Positions 1-10,439 of a stretch of 64,000 nucleotides of DNA are shown here, piece by piece. Under the pieces are notes generated by a model, which worked only from the letters and a program-made list of their open reading frames with translations, was not told the DNA's origin and searched no databases. A program made the translations under genes and the position numbers. The stretch covers positions 1 through 64,000 of IMG/VR virus record IMGVR_UViG_3300023202_000383. One strand, given 5' to 3'. Within the stretch, counting starts at the first letter, position 1. Each line of letters opens with the position of its first letter.

Positions 1-255
1 ATGAATATACAGAGCGATTTAGATCACTTATTGATGACGGTGAAATCAGTAGTTCTGTACGCAATCTTGGTTAAAGACAAAGACCAAGAATTAAGCGATC
101 AAGAAATAGAAGAAAAAGTATTCAATGTGTTTATGGGAATGCTAAATAGAACATTTGGTAATAGGCCAGGCGATTATGAGTTGGTGAGAGCCGACTATGA
201 GATAATATATGAAGCCGCAGTCAAATGGTCTTATGATTATTTGTATCTTTCTTAA
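1..255 (+). CDS. hypothetical protein (may start before the window)
   Basis: 84-aa ORF with protein-like composition; no motif recognised. Confidence 0.55.
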   Translation: MNIQSDLDHLLMTVKSVVLYAILVKDKDQELSDQEIEEKVFNVFMGMLNRTFGNRPGDYELVRADYEIIYEAAVKWSYDYLYLS

Positions 256-973
256 AAAGCATAAAATTTTTAATAACCCATGATTCAGCGTCCGTTTTGT
301 TTTTCCAGATATCAGACCACCATTGACTAGCGGTTTGATCATATTCGAATCCATATTTTGATATTTTACCTATCCAATATTGTTTTGGTTGGCAATTTAT
401 GTGGCCTGTCCCAGGCTGCCCAGGCCTTGCGGCAGTAAAAAATATCATCCTATTAGACGCCCTACATAAATTATCAATAAACTTATTTGATAATTCCTCC
501 GGTATGTGCTCAGCTACTTCTACCGACCACGAGCAATCAAATCCGTTAACATTTATTTCAGATGTAATATCTGCTTTTTCTATATATTGCTTTATATACG
601 CAGGAATATATGGCTCAGCATTGTCGCGATTTAGCTCATAGCCCCTGATCTTGTGCGCTCCACCTTTTAAGCATCCTTCCAGGAATGAACCTACCCCGCA
701 CCCAAAATCAGCAACCGACTTTATATGATAATATTTTACGAACATTTCCGCTATATCTATTTGCCAATTTCTATATTGGTCTAAATGGCGTTTATAATAT
801 TTCTGCTTATATATGCTTTCTGGATTAGATAAATATTTTGCGGTAGTTTTATATATCTTCAGCCGCCTAGATAATTGCTTATGGTCATCGCTATCTGCTT
901 TTACAGAAGATAACTTTTTGTTTAACCTATCTATTCTATCAAATGTAAGTTGTAGGAGATATTCGTTATCCAA
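221..973 (-). CDS. class I SAM-dependent methyltransferase
   Basis: Motif I VADFGCGVG and SVEVAEHI. Start moved to TTG at 973, which follows GAGG; the longer ORF-track start overlaps the divergent lipoprotein gene. Confidence 0.8.
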   Translation of the reverse strand: MDNEYLLQLTFDRIDRLNKKLSSVKADSDDHKQLSRRLKIYKTTAKYLSNPESIYKQKYYKRHLDQYRNWQIDIAEMFVKYYHIKSVADFGCGVGSFLEGCLKGGAHKIRGYELNRDNAEPYIPAYIKQYIEKADITSEINVNGFDCSWSVEVAEHIPEELSNKFIDNLCRASNRMIFFTAARPGQPGTGHINCQPKQYWIGKISKYGFEYDQTASQWWSDIWKNKTDAESWVIKNFMLFKKDTNNHKTI

Positions 974-995
974 AATAGTGCCTCGTGGAGGAATC

Positions 996-1838
996 ATGGG
1001 TAGGCTTATAATAATATTAATACTTGTCGGATCTATTGTCGGTTGCAGCAGCTCTACAAAAACACCTAGTGATAAAGAAATACCTAAGAATCTAGAACAG
1101 GCAGAAAAAGTTATAAAAGAATCTGCAGAAGGAATAAGCTCATCTGCAGACAAAATCACCGAGCATACTGACAATATAAATAATGAAGTCAATGAGATAA
1201 AAAGCCAACCACCCGAGACGCCCGTAAGCAATGTTGGTGAGAATGTTAACAAGATAGAAGAAAACAGTAAGAAGATAGAAGATCTTGCCAATAAAATAAA
1301 GCTCTTGAGCAATGATTTAAATGTTGCAAGAAGCCAATTAAAAGAGGCTAGTGATAAGGCTGAGTCGCTTCAAAAAGAATTCAACGAGCTTAATGACAAA
1401 TATCAAGAACTTATAATGGAACAGACTGCAGCCAGGAATAAGATGTTGTATGGTATAGTCTTTATGGGGATCATTGGGTTTGGTATAAGTGCTGGGTTGT
1501 TGGTATTTGGTGCGGGCAAGTTGGGAGTTGCTGGTATGGTTGGTTCAATATCTGTTGCTACCGCTGCTACAATCTACCAAGACGAATGGGAAAATATTGG
1601 CACTATTGGCGGCATAGTGCTGTTGCTTATTGTTGTGTTTGCAATATATCACTTCTGGAAACAGAGACGAGCTACTCATCAAGTTGTCCAAACTGCTGAA
1701 ATAATGAAGGAAAGACTTGATCCAGAAGACAAAAAAGAATTGTTTGGTACTGAAACGGAGCCTGGCAAAATCAACATGCTCCAAGACAAAGATACTAAGA
1801 ATGTAGTTAAGAAACTCAGGAAAGTTAAAATCTGGTAG
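996..1838 (+). CDS. lipoprotein with long coiled coil and C-terminal transmembrane helices (possible spanin-like protein)
   Basis: GGAGG RBS at about 986-991; signal MGRLIIILILVGSIVG-C with lipobox; heptad-rich middle; about 3 hydrophobic segments. Confidence 0.7.
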   Translation: MGRLIIILILVGSIVGCSSSTKTPSDKEIPKNLEQAEKVIKESAEGISSSADKITEHTDNINNEVNEIKSQPPETPVSNVGENVNKIEENSKKIEDLANKIKLLSNDLNVARSQLKEASDKAESLQKEFNELNDKYQELIMEQTAARNKMLYGIVFMGIIGFGISAGLLVFGAGKLGVAGMVGSISVATAATIYQDEWENIGTIGGIVLLLIVVFAIYHFWKQRRATHQVVQTAEIMKERLDPEDKKELFGTETEPGKINMLQDKDTKNVVKKLRKVKIW

Positions 1839-1846
1839 GAGATAAA

Positions 1847-2089
1847 ATGAAGAAATTATTTGAAAAAATCAAGAATTGGTGGAGCGTTACTGATGGCAAG
1901 AAGACCTACATCATGGTCGGCGTTATCTTGTTTTTGGTCGTCGTGGAAGTGCTTGTAGATCTTCCATTTTGGGTCTGGCTAGTTGTAGGTGCCGCAGTTG
2001 TCTATACTCTTAGACACAGCATCGAGAAGCTGCACAAAGCAATTGTCGACTCGAATAGCGAAGACAAAGCGGATTCTAACGATGAATAG
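1847..2089 (+). CDS. small two-TM membrane protein, holin-like
   Basis: GKKTY followed by two hydrophobic helices and a charged tail; GGAG RBS. Confidence 0.5.
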   Translation: MKKLFEKIKNWWSVTDGKKTYIMVGVILFLVVVEVLVDLPFWVWLVVGAAVVYTLRHSIEKLHKAIVDSNSEDKADSNDE

Positions 2090-2264
2090 ATTTGCTGACG
2101 TTCGTTAGCTGGTGTTCTTTCCAACCTTCTGCTTGACCCTTAAACATCTTTCTGGGCCATTTGTATGGCTTGTTCTTGCCGACAGCGCCGAAGTGCTCGT
2201 CGTCTTGCCATACCTTTTTGCTTGTAGCTTTGGGTTGATTGCGATGCAATATGGTCAGTTTCAT
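2076..2264 (-). CDS. hypothetical protein
   Basis: 62-aa ORF whose start overlaps the stop of the upstream minus-strand gene. Confidence 0.45.
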   Translation of the reverse strand: MKLTILHRNQPKATSKKVWQDDEHFGAVGKNKPYKWPRKMFKGQAEGWKEHQLTNVSKSIHR

Positions 2265-2602
2265 GGGCTAAATTCTACTAGTGTATGCCAATTTAACAAA
2301 AACATATATCCTATTAATGTAGAAAATATAAGCGCGAGAATCAACGAAACCATTAAGACTCCGGGCTTATCTTTAACCAAGTACAATGCTAATAACGCCG
2401 TAGAAGCTGCCAGAGTTTTAAATCCTACTAAGCCAAGAACGCCACAATTTGCTAAAAACCACGACGCAAGTGGGTTTAATTCATCTACGTTCTCAATATT
2501 CATGTGGGTGATTGTCATGATCAAGTCCATTATGTTGGCACAAACTAAGTATCCTATTATTATACAAACTAGGTTCGCCTTCGTTGACTCTTTCATTATC
2601 AC
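2261..2602 (-). CDS. small membrane protein (DUF5658-like)
   Basis: Hydrophobic helices with D-x-x-x-T and ELNPL motif. Confidence 0.6.
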   Translation of the reverse strand: MIMKESTKANLVCIIIGYLVCANIMDLIMTITHMNIENVDELNPLASWFLANCGVLGLVGFKTLAASTALLALYLVKDKPGVLMVSLILALIFSTLIGYMFLLNWHTLVEFSP

Positions 2603-2634
2603 CCTCCATTTTAGATTTGACGGAGGGTGATATA

Positions 2635-2952
2635 TTATTCCGGTTTTCCCGGCACATACAATTTACACCAGCCGCTAGGCTGTATGCGGCCTCTAATTTG
2701 AGAGCATATATGCTTTTTGTTTGCTAATTTAAGATATATGAATTCGCAATTGCCGCATGTATTGTCAGACCCGCTGTCGTCAACATATTGCGAATCTTCT
2801 TTTGACATCTTATATGGTGGGGTTCCACTACCAAGTATATGATATAGCAATACCTCATCTCTCTGGTCATCAGGCAATTCCCTGAATTCATTAATAACCT
2901 TCTTTACTTCTTCAGGGGCGTTCTTACCAGCGTCTGGGTACATATTATCCAT
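2635..2952 (-). CDS. HiPIP-like [4Fe-4S] protein
   Basis: QY...CGNC...C...RGRIQPSGWCKLY reproduces the HiPIP cysteine spacing and GWC motif. Confidence 0.7.
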   Translation of the reverse strand: MDNMYPDAGKNAPEEVKKVINEFRELPDDQRDEVLLYHILGSGTPPYKMSKEDSQYVDDSGSDNTCGNCEFIYLKLANKKHICSQIRGRIQPSGWCKLYVPGKPE

Positions 2953-2973
2953 AGTTTCACCTCATTTTATTTT

Positions 2974-3498
2974 TTACGGACTGTACCTATCGTAGCCTTT
3001 CTTCTCCAATTTAGATCTGAGCTTATCGATGTCTTTGATAGGATAGCCCTTTTTGCCGCCATTTAATATGTCTTTGTATGGAGGCACTTTCCCCTTTTTG
3101 CCAAATGTTCCATTATAAGTATTGAATGTAATATATCTCCCAATGTCTTCAAACACCATACATAAGGTCACAACATCGGTCTGGCCATCGAATTCTACGT
3201 CATCTCTTATCCACAATTCGCTTATGCTGTTTAAATGATTCATATCTGCGATATTGCTGCCGACATTTTGCAGCTTCTTTATCGGTTTGCGTTTTTTGAT
3301 TTTCAGATTAACAGTGTCAGTATCCTTATCGAATATTCTCTGTCTGTTTACTCTAATTTGCTTGCCCGATTCTATATGAACGGCATGGATCAGCCCTTGT
3401 TTGTCTGGCTTCATGTTATATATGGCATATCCATCCAATAAGTTTCCCATAAAGCATAATTTGACTTTTTTAAGTGGTCTCTCTTCCATTTGCTCCAT
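2974..3498 (-). CDS. hypothetical protein
   Basis: 174-aa ORF in a tightly packed minus-strand run. Confidence 0.7.
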   Translation of the reverse strand: MEQMEERPLKKVKLCFMGNLLDGYAIYNMKPDKQGLIHAVHIESGKQIRVNRQRIFDKDTDTVNLKIKKRKPIKKLQNVGSNIADMNHLNSISELWIRDDVEFDGQTDVVTLCMVFEDIGRYITFNTYNGTFGKKGKVPPYKDILNGGKKGYPIKDIDKLRSKLEKKGYDRYSP

Positions 3499-3886
3499 TT
3501 TGCCATCCTTTAACTAGATCTTTAATTAAATTGCTATTCCTAAACTTCATTTGGTCGCTCAAAATTGCTCTGAATTTATCCATACTTATATATCCACATT
3601 TTACAAATTCAATGGGATCCATATTGTTTTTCCTTAGTTTACAGCCATCACATATTGGTACTATATTAGCCTGTACACAAGGACCCTTTTTGGATATAGG
3701 GAACATAAATTCTACGCTAGAAGTGTCCGAGCTGCAGTAGGCACATTTAGACTCATAAAAGTCTAAAATGTCCATTGCTTGATCAAGCGTAATGTCCGAT
3801 AGCATGCCAGATTTTTTGGCCCGATGCCTGCCTTGGCGAAGCCAACCGCCTATGCGATGTCTAATATGATTATCAGCATCTGGCAT
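3470..3886 (-). CDS. HNH-fold zinc-binding protein, catalytically degenerate
   Basis: CAYC...PISKKG...ANIVPICDGC; catalytic His positions are not conserved. Confidence 0.65.
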   Translation of the reverse strand: MPDADNHIRHRIGGWLRQGRHRAKKSGMLSDITLDQAMDILDFYESKCAYCSSDTSSVEFMFPISKKGPCVQANIVPICDGCKLRKNNMDPIEFVKCGYISMDKFRAILSDQMKFRNSNLIKDLVKGWQNGANGRETT

Positions 3887-3920
3887 TACATATAATATGC
3901 GCGTTATTATTTGATAACAA

Positions 3921-4241
3921 TTACTTAGATAATGCTGAAGACGTTATCATTCTTATTATCGATGCAACCACGTCTGCAAAATCACCACCATCAACAACAT
4001 ACCATACATTTTTGAGTTTTATTACAGGAAATGACGACATATCTAGACGCCCAGTTTCAGTGGATTCGTCTTCACCAGACTCTATTGATTCAGCAATAGT
4101 TGGCTGCAGAACAAACACGAATCCAACCCCTGCCCCAGCTTTGTCTAGAGCGTCTAGTTGATCGGACACGGATCTGTCCGGTATTTCAACAAAGCTGTCA
4201 TTTTTCCAATTATCAGCCGGTATTATTCTTATAGTATCCAT
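3921..4241 (-). CDS. hypothetical protein
   Basis: 106-aa ORF. Confidence 0.6.
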   Translation of the reverse strand: MDTIRIIPADNWKNDSFVEIPDRSVSDQLDALDKAGAGVGFVFVLQPTIAESIESGEDESTETGRLDMSSFPVIKLKNVWYVVDGGDFADVVASIIRMITSSALSK

Positions 4242-4270
4242 GCCAATGAAAATACTATCTGTCTTATATA

Positions 4271-5275
4271 TTACTCTTCATCATCATATTCATATTCATC
4301 TTTATCATCACTATCGTCAGCTACCTCGTATGTCTCATATTCAGCAGCGTGATCTTCTAACATTTTAGCAGCTTTATGAACCTGCATTTCCATAGCAACA
4401 GACATAACTTCTTTGCGAGTCATCAAGTTATATCCATCATATTTTATACCTTGTAGCATTTTTGATATTTCCAATATCCTGCTCGACGATATTTGACGTA
4501 TCATGTCATTGGCTAAACTATCGTCTATATTGGCCAGTTTTATAATATTGTGCATTGCCACAATTTTTTCATTTGGTGTCATCGGTATGCGTTTATTGTT
4601 TATTACCATACCATCAGGGGTCACGGCAAGACTAAAATCTTTCTCATCACCAGGTACTATACCAACAACAACCGGCTCAGATATATTAATATCTTCTATG
4701 CCAGCCTTTCTCTTCAGATCGATAAACTGCTTTATAGCGATAGAGAATTCACCCATAATTTTTCTGATCGCTCTTCTTTCATCATGATTTAATTCGGTTC
4801 TTCTTAGGTGCAGAAGAGTGTCCTTTTCTGGGTCTACCTCTCTTACCTCAAACTCGCCTCTTGGGCTAATATCCGGATCTTTAATCTTCCCGCTTTTGTA
4901 TTGTTGGATTGCCTCTCTAGCTTCTTCTTCAGAGTCATAAAATCCACCAAATTCTGCACCGGTTTTTATAAGCGGAATTGGCTTCTGCTCTTTGTTTGAC
5001 AACTTTTCAGAAAACCTTCTTGGTGCTTTATATAATATTATCCAATGAGGTCTATTAGATGCTTTTAGGCCATTTAAATATTGGTCGACTCTTTTAGCAG
5101 CAGTCTTTGCCGGGTCTTTAATGCCATCATCGGCATATAAATCCGTCAACCCGTTTATCATCATTCTTCTAAATGATACAGTTATCCCAACTTTTTTAGC
5201 ATGTTTGTAAGCACTAGATAAGGAATTGATAAATTCCTTATCGAAATGCACAGAATCTTCATGGAGTATATTCAT
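4271..5275 (-). CDS. hypothetical protein with acidic tail
   Basis: 334-aa ORF with D/E-rich C-terminus. Confidence 0.75.
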   Translation of the reverse strand: MNILHEDSVHFDKEFINSLSSAYKHAKKVGITVSFRRMMINGLTDLYADDGIKDPAKTAAKRVDQYLNGLKASNRPHWIILYKAPRRFSEKLSNKEQKPIPLIKTGAEFGGFYDSEEEAREAIQQYKSGKIKDPDISPRGEFEVREVDPEKDTLLHLRRTELNHDERRAIRKIMGEFSIAIKQFIDLKRKAGIEDINISEPVVVGIVPGDEKDFSLAVTPDGMVINNKRIPMTPNEKIVAMHNIIKLANIDDSLANDMIRQISSSRILEISKMLQGIKYDGYNLMTRKEVMSVAMEMQVHKAAKMLEDHAAEYETYEVADDSDDKDEYEYDDEE

Positions 5276-5296
5276 ACCAGATTATAATATCTTTGT

Positions 5297-6940
5297 CTAA
5301 TCCGGCCATTGTATGGCCTCATTAAACCATTTAGGTAGAATATTCTTATTGCGATCATGCCACCATTTAAATGATTTGTCTAATATATAAGTGTCTGCAG
5401 AATCGGATTTGCTACGGACACTCCTGCCGCTGCTTTGGACTAGTTTTAAAGCCGTCAGCCATTCATAATAAGCTGGATCCACTTCCATTCTAGCAGCCAA
5501 CTGCTTGTCCTGATAAAAATTCGGGAACGGCACTTTGCATATTATTTGAAACCTGCTTAAGTCTTCTATTAAATCGACACCTTCATGCATCGCTGGCGCT
5601 ACTATTATGGTATTATCGCTATTTTTATGATATTCCAGCATGTCTTTCTTTGTTCTGAAATCATTCTGGAATAGCACTCTATTAGAAACTTCTTTCGGCA
5701 AATCTTCGATCAACATTTTTGATATAGAAAAATTATGAGTATGCACGATCCCTTTATTATTTGGGTATCTGTTGCATATCTCAGCCACCTTTTTTGTGAT
5801 TGGTGGGCCCCACCTGCCTTTTTGTTTGTCTCCGCCACTCACTTTTACTGTTGGCATATAATATATTGGTCTATTTTCAACTGGGAATCTGCTCCTCATG
5901 CGCTTTGCGGCCAATTGATCTTTATCTATCGACAAAGATCTGGCCATAACATTTACATCTAGGATGGTTGCGGACATCATCAGAACATAGTCCGCCATGT
6001 TAAATAGGTGGTTGTGTACTTCATTGTACACATTGACTGGCTTAAATTGAACCGTTCTAGAATTGTCTCTCTCAACTTTATGCTCTACTACCCAACGCCC
6101 AGCACTGTCAGATTGCATTTTCGCAACAAACCAATTTAACTTATCTAAAAGCCGCTTGTATTTGTCTAATTTCTTAGTGTCTTCAGCTTTCCTGGCTTGT
6201 ATGATTCTTCGGCCAACATGAGTCAATATCTTCTCATCTTCTATCCATGTAGCATATTGTTTCGCTGATTTAAATTTTGGATATTTACAATCAAAATCTC
6301 TGTCGTTGAGGCTAACAGATATAAAATCAAGCATGACGGGTTCTATATTGTGAGCCTCGTCTATAATCATTAATTTTCTGTTCTTGAAGCTCTTAGTGTA
6401 CGTAGTTTGATATAAAAAGCTAGAGAAATTCATTAAGCATATGCTTGCAGATTTAGCTTTATTAAGTTGTGTATAATACGGGCACAATCCGCGATCCACA
6501 CACTCGTCATACTTGGCTTCGTCTTTTCTTTTGCAGTGCCCATCTGCACAATCATAAAATTCCTTCTTCCACGATGCTGCCGTTGATGGCTTGATTAATT
6601 TAGAACCTACCAACCTATCAGCATTTAATTTATAATAGCTGCACTCATAGGCATTTCTGCCCTTCAAATCTACAAGGCGATGACCAAATCGACCTGATTC
6701 TCCAAATTCGTTTACTAGCTGGTCTTGAAGGACTTTTTGAACTGTTAGATAGTAGCTGTTACCAAACAATCCAGCCAATGTCAGAGCTATAGCAGATTTC
6801 CCTGCACCGGTTGGTGCTTCTAATATGACAAACTTTTTGTTGTCACTAAAGCTCTTAAGAGCGAATTTTATGGCATCTAATTGCCCTTCCCGTGGCGCAG
6901 GAAACGGGAAGTGCTTCATGATTGAAGTTTCTATGTCCAT
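5297..6940 (-). CDS. DinG/XPD-family SF2 helicase with Fe-S cysteines
   Basis: Q motif (PREGQ), EAPTGAGKS, IIDEAH, four-Cys cluster, QSSGRSVRS. Confidence 0.9.
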   Translation of the reverse strand: MDIETSIMKHFPFPAPREGQLDAIKFALKSFSDNKKFVILEAPTGAGKSAIALTLAGLFGNSYYLTVQKVLQDQLVNEFGESGRFGHRLVDLKGRNAYECSYYKLNADRLVGSKLIKPSTAASWKKEFYDCADGHCKRKDEAKYDECVDRGLCPYYTQLNKAKSASICLMNFSSFLYQTTYTKSFKNRKLMIIDEAHNIEPVMLDFISVSLNDRDFDCKYPKFKSAKQYATWIEDEKILTHVGRRIIQARKAEDTKKLDKYKRLLDKLNWFVAKMQSDSAGRWVVEHKVERDNSRTVQFKPVNVYNEVHNHLFNMADYVLMMSATILDVNVMARSLSIDKDQLAAKRMRSRFPVENRPIYYMPTVKVSGGDKQKGRWGPPITKKVAEICNRYPNNKGIVHTHNFSISKMLIEDLPKEVSNRVLFQNDFRTKKDMLEYHKNSDNTIIVAPAMHEGVDLIEDLSRFQIICKVPFPNFYQDKQLAARMEVDPAYYEWLTALKLVQSSGRSVRSKSDSADTYILDKSFKWWHDRNKNILPKWFNEAIQWPD

Positions 6941-6974
6941 AACAAGTAAATACCGGCTTAGTATTCAACTACTT

Positions 6975-8051
6975 ATGAAAATCAACATATCAGCTGATAT
7001 TCATGTTGGCGTTCCCAATCGTTTAGACGATATAATGTGGGCATTGCGTAAGATGCGTCAATACAACGCCGATAATAATATAGATACATGGTTAATATTG
7101 GGAGATCTTCTGCACGACAGAGAATCATTAAATATTAAAGACTTATGTGAATTAGTGGAATTTTTAGAGGAAACCGACAATAGATATAATCAGAAAATCA
7201 TATCATTCCCAGGCAATCATGATATGTTTCTTAAAAATTCCTGGGACATAAATAGCTTAAAACCGCTAAGTAGATATATAGATTGTAAGACTACAGTATG
7301 CAAGGTAAATCTCGGTGGCATCAGATTTTGGATTCTTCCGTTTATACATTATGAATCCAAGTACATGAAGGTCTTAAATAAGATAGAAGAAAAGCACGAA
7401 GATGGCGATGTGTTGCTAACACACATAGGCGTAAAGTCAGCAACAATAAATACCTGTTTTCTGCTTCAATCATGGTCGATAGTTGACTTTTCCAACAGCC
7501 CATTTGATAGAATATATACTGGTCACTTCCATTCAAAGCAACAGGTTGGAGACAATGTTTGGTATCCAGGGAGCCCAATACCGTTTAAATTCGACGAAGG
7601 TGATGTTGATCACGGGTTCTTTGTATTCGACACAGACACTAGGACTCATGAGTTTGTGAGCATATGGCATGGTGGGAAAGATTCAGATGACCCACCACAA
7701 TTCATAACTTTAGACGACAATTTAATAAGCTCAAAAAAGAGCGATGAAATAAATGGCAATATGGTAAGGGTAGCTTTATCTAAGGATTACACCCACAATC
7801 AGCTGTCAGAAATAAAAGACCACTTGACGAAACTAGGTGCCAAAAAAGTCAGGTGGATGCATCTAGCATCTAAAGAAGACAAAGAAGGAATAAAGCTAGC
7901 CCAGAAAACAGCGTCGTCCGCATCAGAGTTATTTGAGCAATATGTTGACGCAGACGAAAAGGGAACAAAAGACCTGAATAAGTCCCTTCTAACCAAGATA
8001 AATAAAATGATTATCGCAGAAGGCGATAGAAGATACGAACTTATAGAATGA
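6975..8051 (+). CDS. sbcD: Mre11/SbcD (T4 gp47-like) nuclease
   Basis: ADIHVG, GDLLHD, GNHD and GHFH metallophosphoesterase motifs; start taken at ATG 6975. Confidence 0.9.
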   Translation: MKINISADIHVGVPNRLDDIMWALRKMRQYNADNNIDTWLILGDLLHDRESLNIKDLCELVEFLEETDNRYNQKIISFPGNHDMFLKNSWDINSLKPLSRYIDCKTTVCKVNLGGIRFWILPFIHYESKYMKVLNKIEEKHEDGDVLLTHIGVKSATINTCFLLQSWSIVDFSNSPFDRIYTGHFHSKQQVGDNVWYPGSPIPFKFDEGDVDHGFFVFDTDTRTHEFVSIWHGGKDSDDPPQFITLDDNLISSKKSDEINGNMVRVALSKDYTHNQLSEIKDHLTKLGAKKVRWMHLASKEDKEGIKLAQKTASSASELFEQYVDADEKGTKDLNKSLLTKINKMIIAEGDRRYELIE

Positions 8052-9802
8052 TAGAAATAGAAAATGTTAGATTTAGGAATTTTCTAAGTTATGGGGACTC
8101 CGACACAAGCATACGTCTCGATAACCTAGGATCATGTCTGATAACCGGAGAGAACGGTGCTGGTAAGTCTACTATATCGAATGCCATATTGTGGTGTTTA
8201 TTCGGCAGGACAATGCACTCTGCTGCTCCAGGGGATAAAGTAGTAAATTTTTTCGTCGGTAAAGACTGCTTTGTAGAGCTAAATTTCAAAAATGGAGACA
8301 AACTAACTAGAACCAGAAAATCAGATAAACACAACGACCTGCTTTTAGTCAAGGATGGGCAAGATGTTTCTTTGGGCACAACCAAGATGCAACAAGCCAA
8401 CTTGAATAAAATGCTTGATCTGGATTGGGATATATTTTGCGGCTCTACATTTTCAACTCAATTTGGAAAATCGTGGATGGAAATGGGCGACACAAAAAGG
8501 AAGCAAGCCCTGGAGCGCGAATTCCACATGGATAAAATAGTGTTATATGCCACTATTGCCAAAGAAAGCAAGAAGAAATTAGAGGAAAAGCAAGAGTCTC
8601 TTAGGACGGCTATTAATCACAAAAGACTCCTAATAGATAATTTATCGACTGAGATCGAGCAGTTAAAAAAGTCATCCGAAACCTTCGAATCCGACAAAGC
8701 CAATAGGATCAAATCAGCGACAGAAACCCTAAATGATATGATAGAGAGCCGGGATTCTATCGATACATATGACATAAAGTCTCTACAATCTAAATGGGAC
8801 TCTATAAATAAGGTCGCAGATAAGTTATCAAAGAAACGACCTGATGTTGTGAAATTAGAATCGGAGTCTAGAAGAATTTCGAATGACATAGCATATCAAA
8901 AAGAGAAAGTTAAATCTTGGAAAAACAAAGATGGGAAAGTCTGCAGCGAATGCGAACAGACTATACCGCATGATCACGTCAAAGACAAAATAAAAGACCC
9001 AGCCGAAGCTATAAAGTCTCTTAATGATAAGTTACAATCGATAGATTCAGATATAAAATCTAAAAAAGACGAATTATCCAGAATCGAAAAAATCATAGAA
9101 GAAAACAAACCGTCAAAGACTGTCTCAGAAGCGAAGGCGGCTAATGATGAGCACAAAAAGCGATGCAACAGTGTAGAGAAGCACAAAAAATTTATAGATA
9201 GCATTAAATCAGAAAAGAATGAGTACAAAAGCTCAATAGACAGGATCAACACCAAAATCAAGCAAGCAAATGTGGAGGTTGACGACCTATTAAGTAAGAT
9301 CAAGAATATTGATACGGCTTTGCTGCATTATAACTATGTATATAAGGCATATAGCGACAGACGAAAGATCAAAAGCTATATGCTAGATCAGTATGTGCCT
9401 TATCTAAACGAGAGAATCAAGCATTACCTAGATAAGTTCGATCTTGATTTGGAGCTAGAGTTCACAAATGCCCTGTCAATAAAGACAAACTATTGGGGAT
9501 ATGAATTCTTTAGTGGGGGTGAGAGAAAACGAGCGGATGTTGCTATGATGCTGGCGATGTTCGATTTGCACATACTAATGTATGGCAAGCAATGTAATAT
9601 TATGATGTTCGACGAAGTAGATGGCAGGCTAGATCCGCCCGGCGTAGAAGCGTTTGCTGACATTATAAAGAACGACTTAGAGAATAAAGTAGACTCTATA
9701 TTGGTGATAAGTCAGCACAAGGATATGCGCGGAGCATTGTCATCAGAAATAAAAGTTATTATGGACAATAGAATCTCAGAAATATCAGAAATTCTAATTT
9801 AG
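8048..9802 (+). CDS. sbcC: Rad50/SbcC (T4 gp46-like) ATPase
   Basis: GENGAGKS, coiled coil with CSEC zinc hook, FSGGE signature, MFDE Walker B. Confidence 0.92.
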   Translation: MIEIENVRFRNFLSYGDSDTSIRLDNLGSCLITGENGAGKSTISNAILWCLFGRTMHSAAPGDKVVNFFVGKDCFVELNFKNGDKLTRTRKSDKHNDLLLVKDGQDVSLGTTKMQQANLNKMLDLDWDIFCGSTFSTQFGKSWMEMGDTKRKQALEREFHMDKIVLYATIAKESKKKLEEKQESLRTAINHKRLLIDNLSTEIEQLKKSSETFESDKANRIKSATETLNDMIESRDSIDTYDIKSLQSKWDSINKVADKLSKKRPDVVKLESESRRISNDIAYQKEKVKSWKNKDGKVCSECEQTIPHDHVKDKIKDPAEAIKSLNDKLQSIDSDIKSKKDELSRIEKIIEENKPSKTVSEAKAANDEHKKRCNSVEKHKKFIDSIKSEKNEYKSSIDRINTKIKQANVEVDDLLSKIKNIDTALLHYNYVYKAYSDRRKIKSYMLDQYVPYLNERIKHYLDKFDLDLELEFTNALSIKTNYWGYEFFSGGERKRADVAMMLAMFDLHILMYGKQCNIMMFDEVDGRLDPPGVEAFADIIKNDLENKVDSILVISQHKDMRGALSSEIKVIMDNRISEISEILI

Positions 9803-9854
9803 ATAGTCTTGCTAAGAGACCCAGCTATAAGAAGTATCACACAAATCAGATCTA

Positions 9855-10439
9855 TTAATACTTTCCTCCGCCACCTTCCGGTCTAGCAGGCACATCTCTT
9901 CTGAAGAACTGCCCAGATCCGGTATCTGCTGTAGCTCTAGACGGCGACATAGATATTGTCTCGACATCAACATCCCTTATTCTACCTGCTTCCAAGCCCT
10001 TTGTCGAGTTGACCACGAATTTTATAATTTTTCTTGCTGTTAGATGATCTCTTGCTGGTGACTCTGCCAGCGTCTCTGGCCTGTTAAAATCCAAACCAGT
10101 CGCATTGGCGTGTTCTGTGTATCCTAGGAACAATTTTTTGTTGCCTAGAACGAACATATTCCATCCGAGTTTCGTATATCCAGTCGTAGGGTCTATTTCA
10201 TCGGCGTGCGGTATGACTTCTATCTTATTTATTAATTCTGGTATTTGCTCATGGATATCAGACATCAATGCCGGGTGCACAAGATTATCTACGTTCTCTA
10301 TGCCTTTGTTATAAAAATATTGCAAGAGCAATCTTCTAATAATTTCAGCGTTGAGCTGGCTAAATATACGTTTTGCTAGTGTGTTGCTTACCATTAACTT
10401 ATCTTTGCCTATCGATCTACGATGCCCAAGGAAAGGCAT
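9855..10439 (-). CDS. hypothetical protein
   Basis: ORF of about 190 aa; the true start may be slightly downstream. Confidence 0.65.
   Translation of the reverse strand: MPFLGHRRSIGKDKLMVSNTLAKRIFSQLNAEIIRRLLLQYFYNKGIENVDNLVHPALMSDIHEQIPELINKIEVIPHADEIDPTTGYTKLGWNMFVLGNKKLFLGYTEHANATGLDFNRPETLAESPARDHLTARKIIKFVVNSTKGLEAGRIRDVDVETISMSPSRATADTGSGQFFRRDVPARPEGGGGKY

Noticed and set aside
813-995. N-terminal extensions in the ORF track for 813..1838 and 221..1312
   Set aside because: They overlap each other divergently; RBS-supported starts at 996 (+) and 973 (-) resolve the overlap
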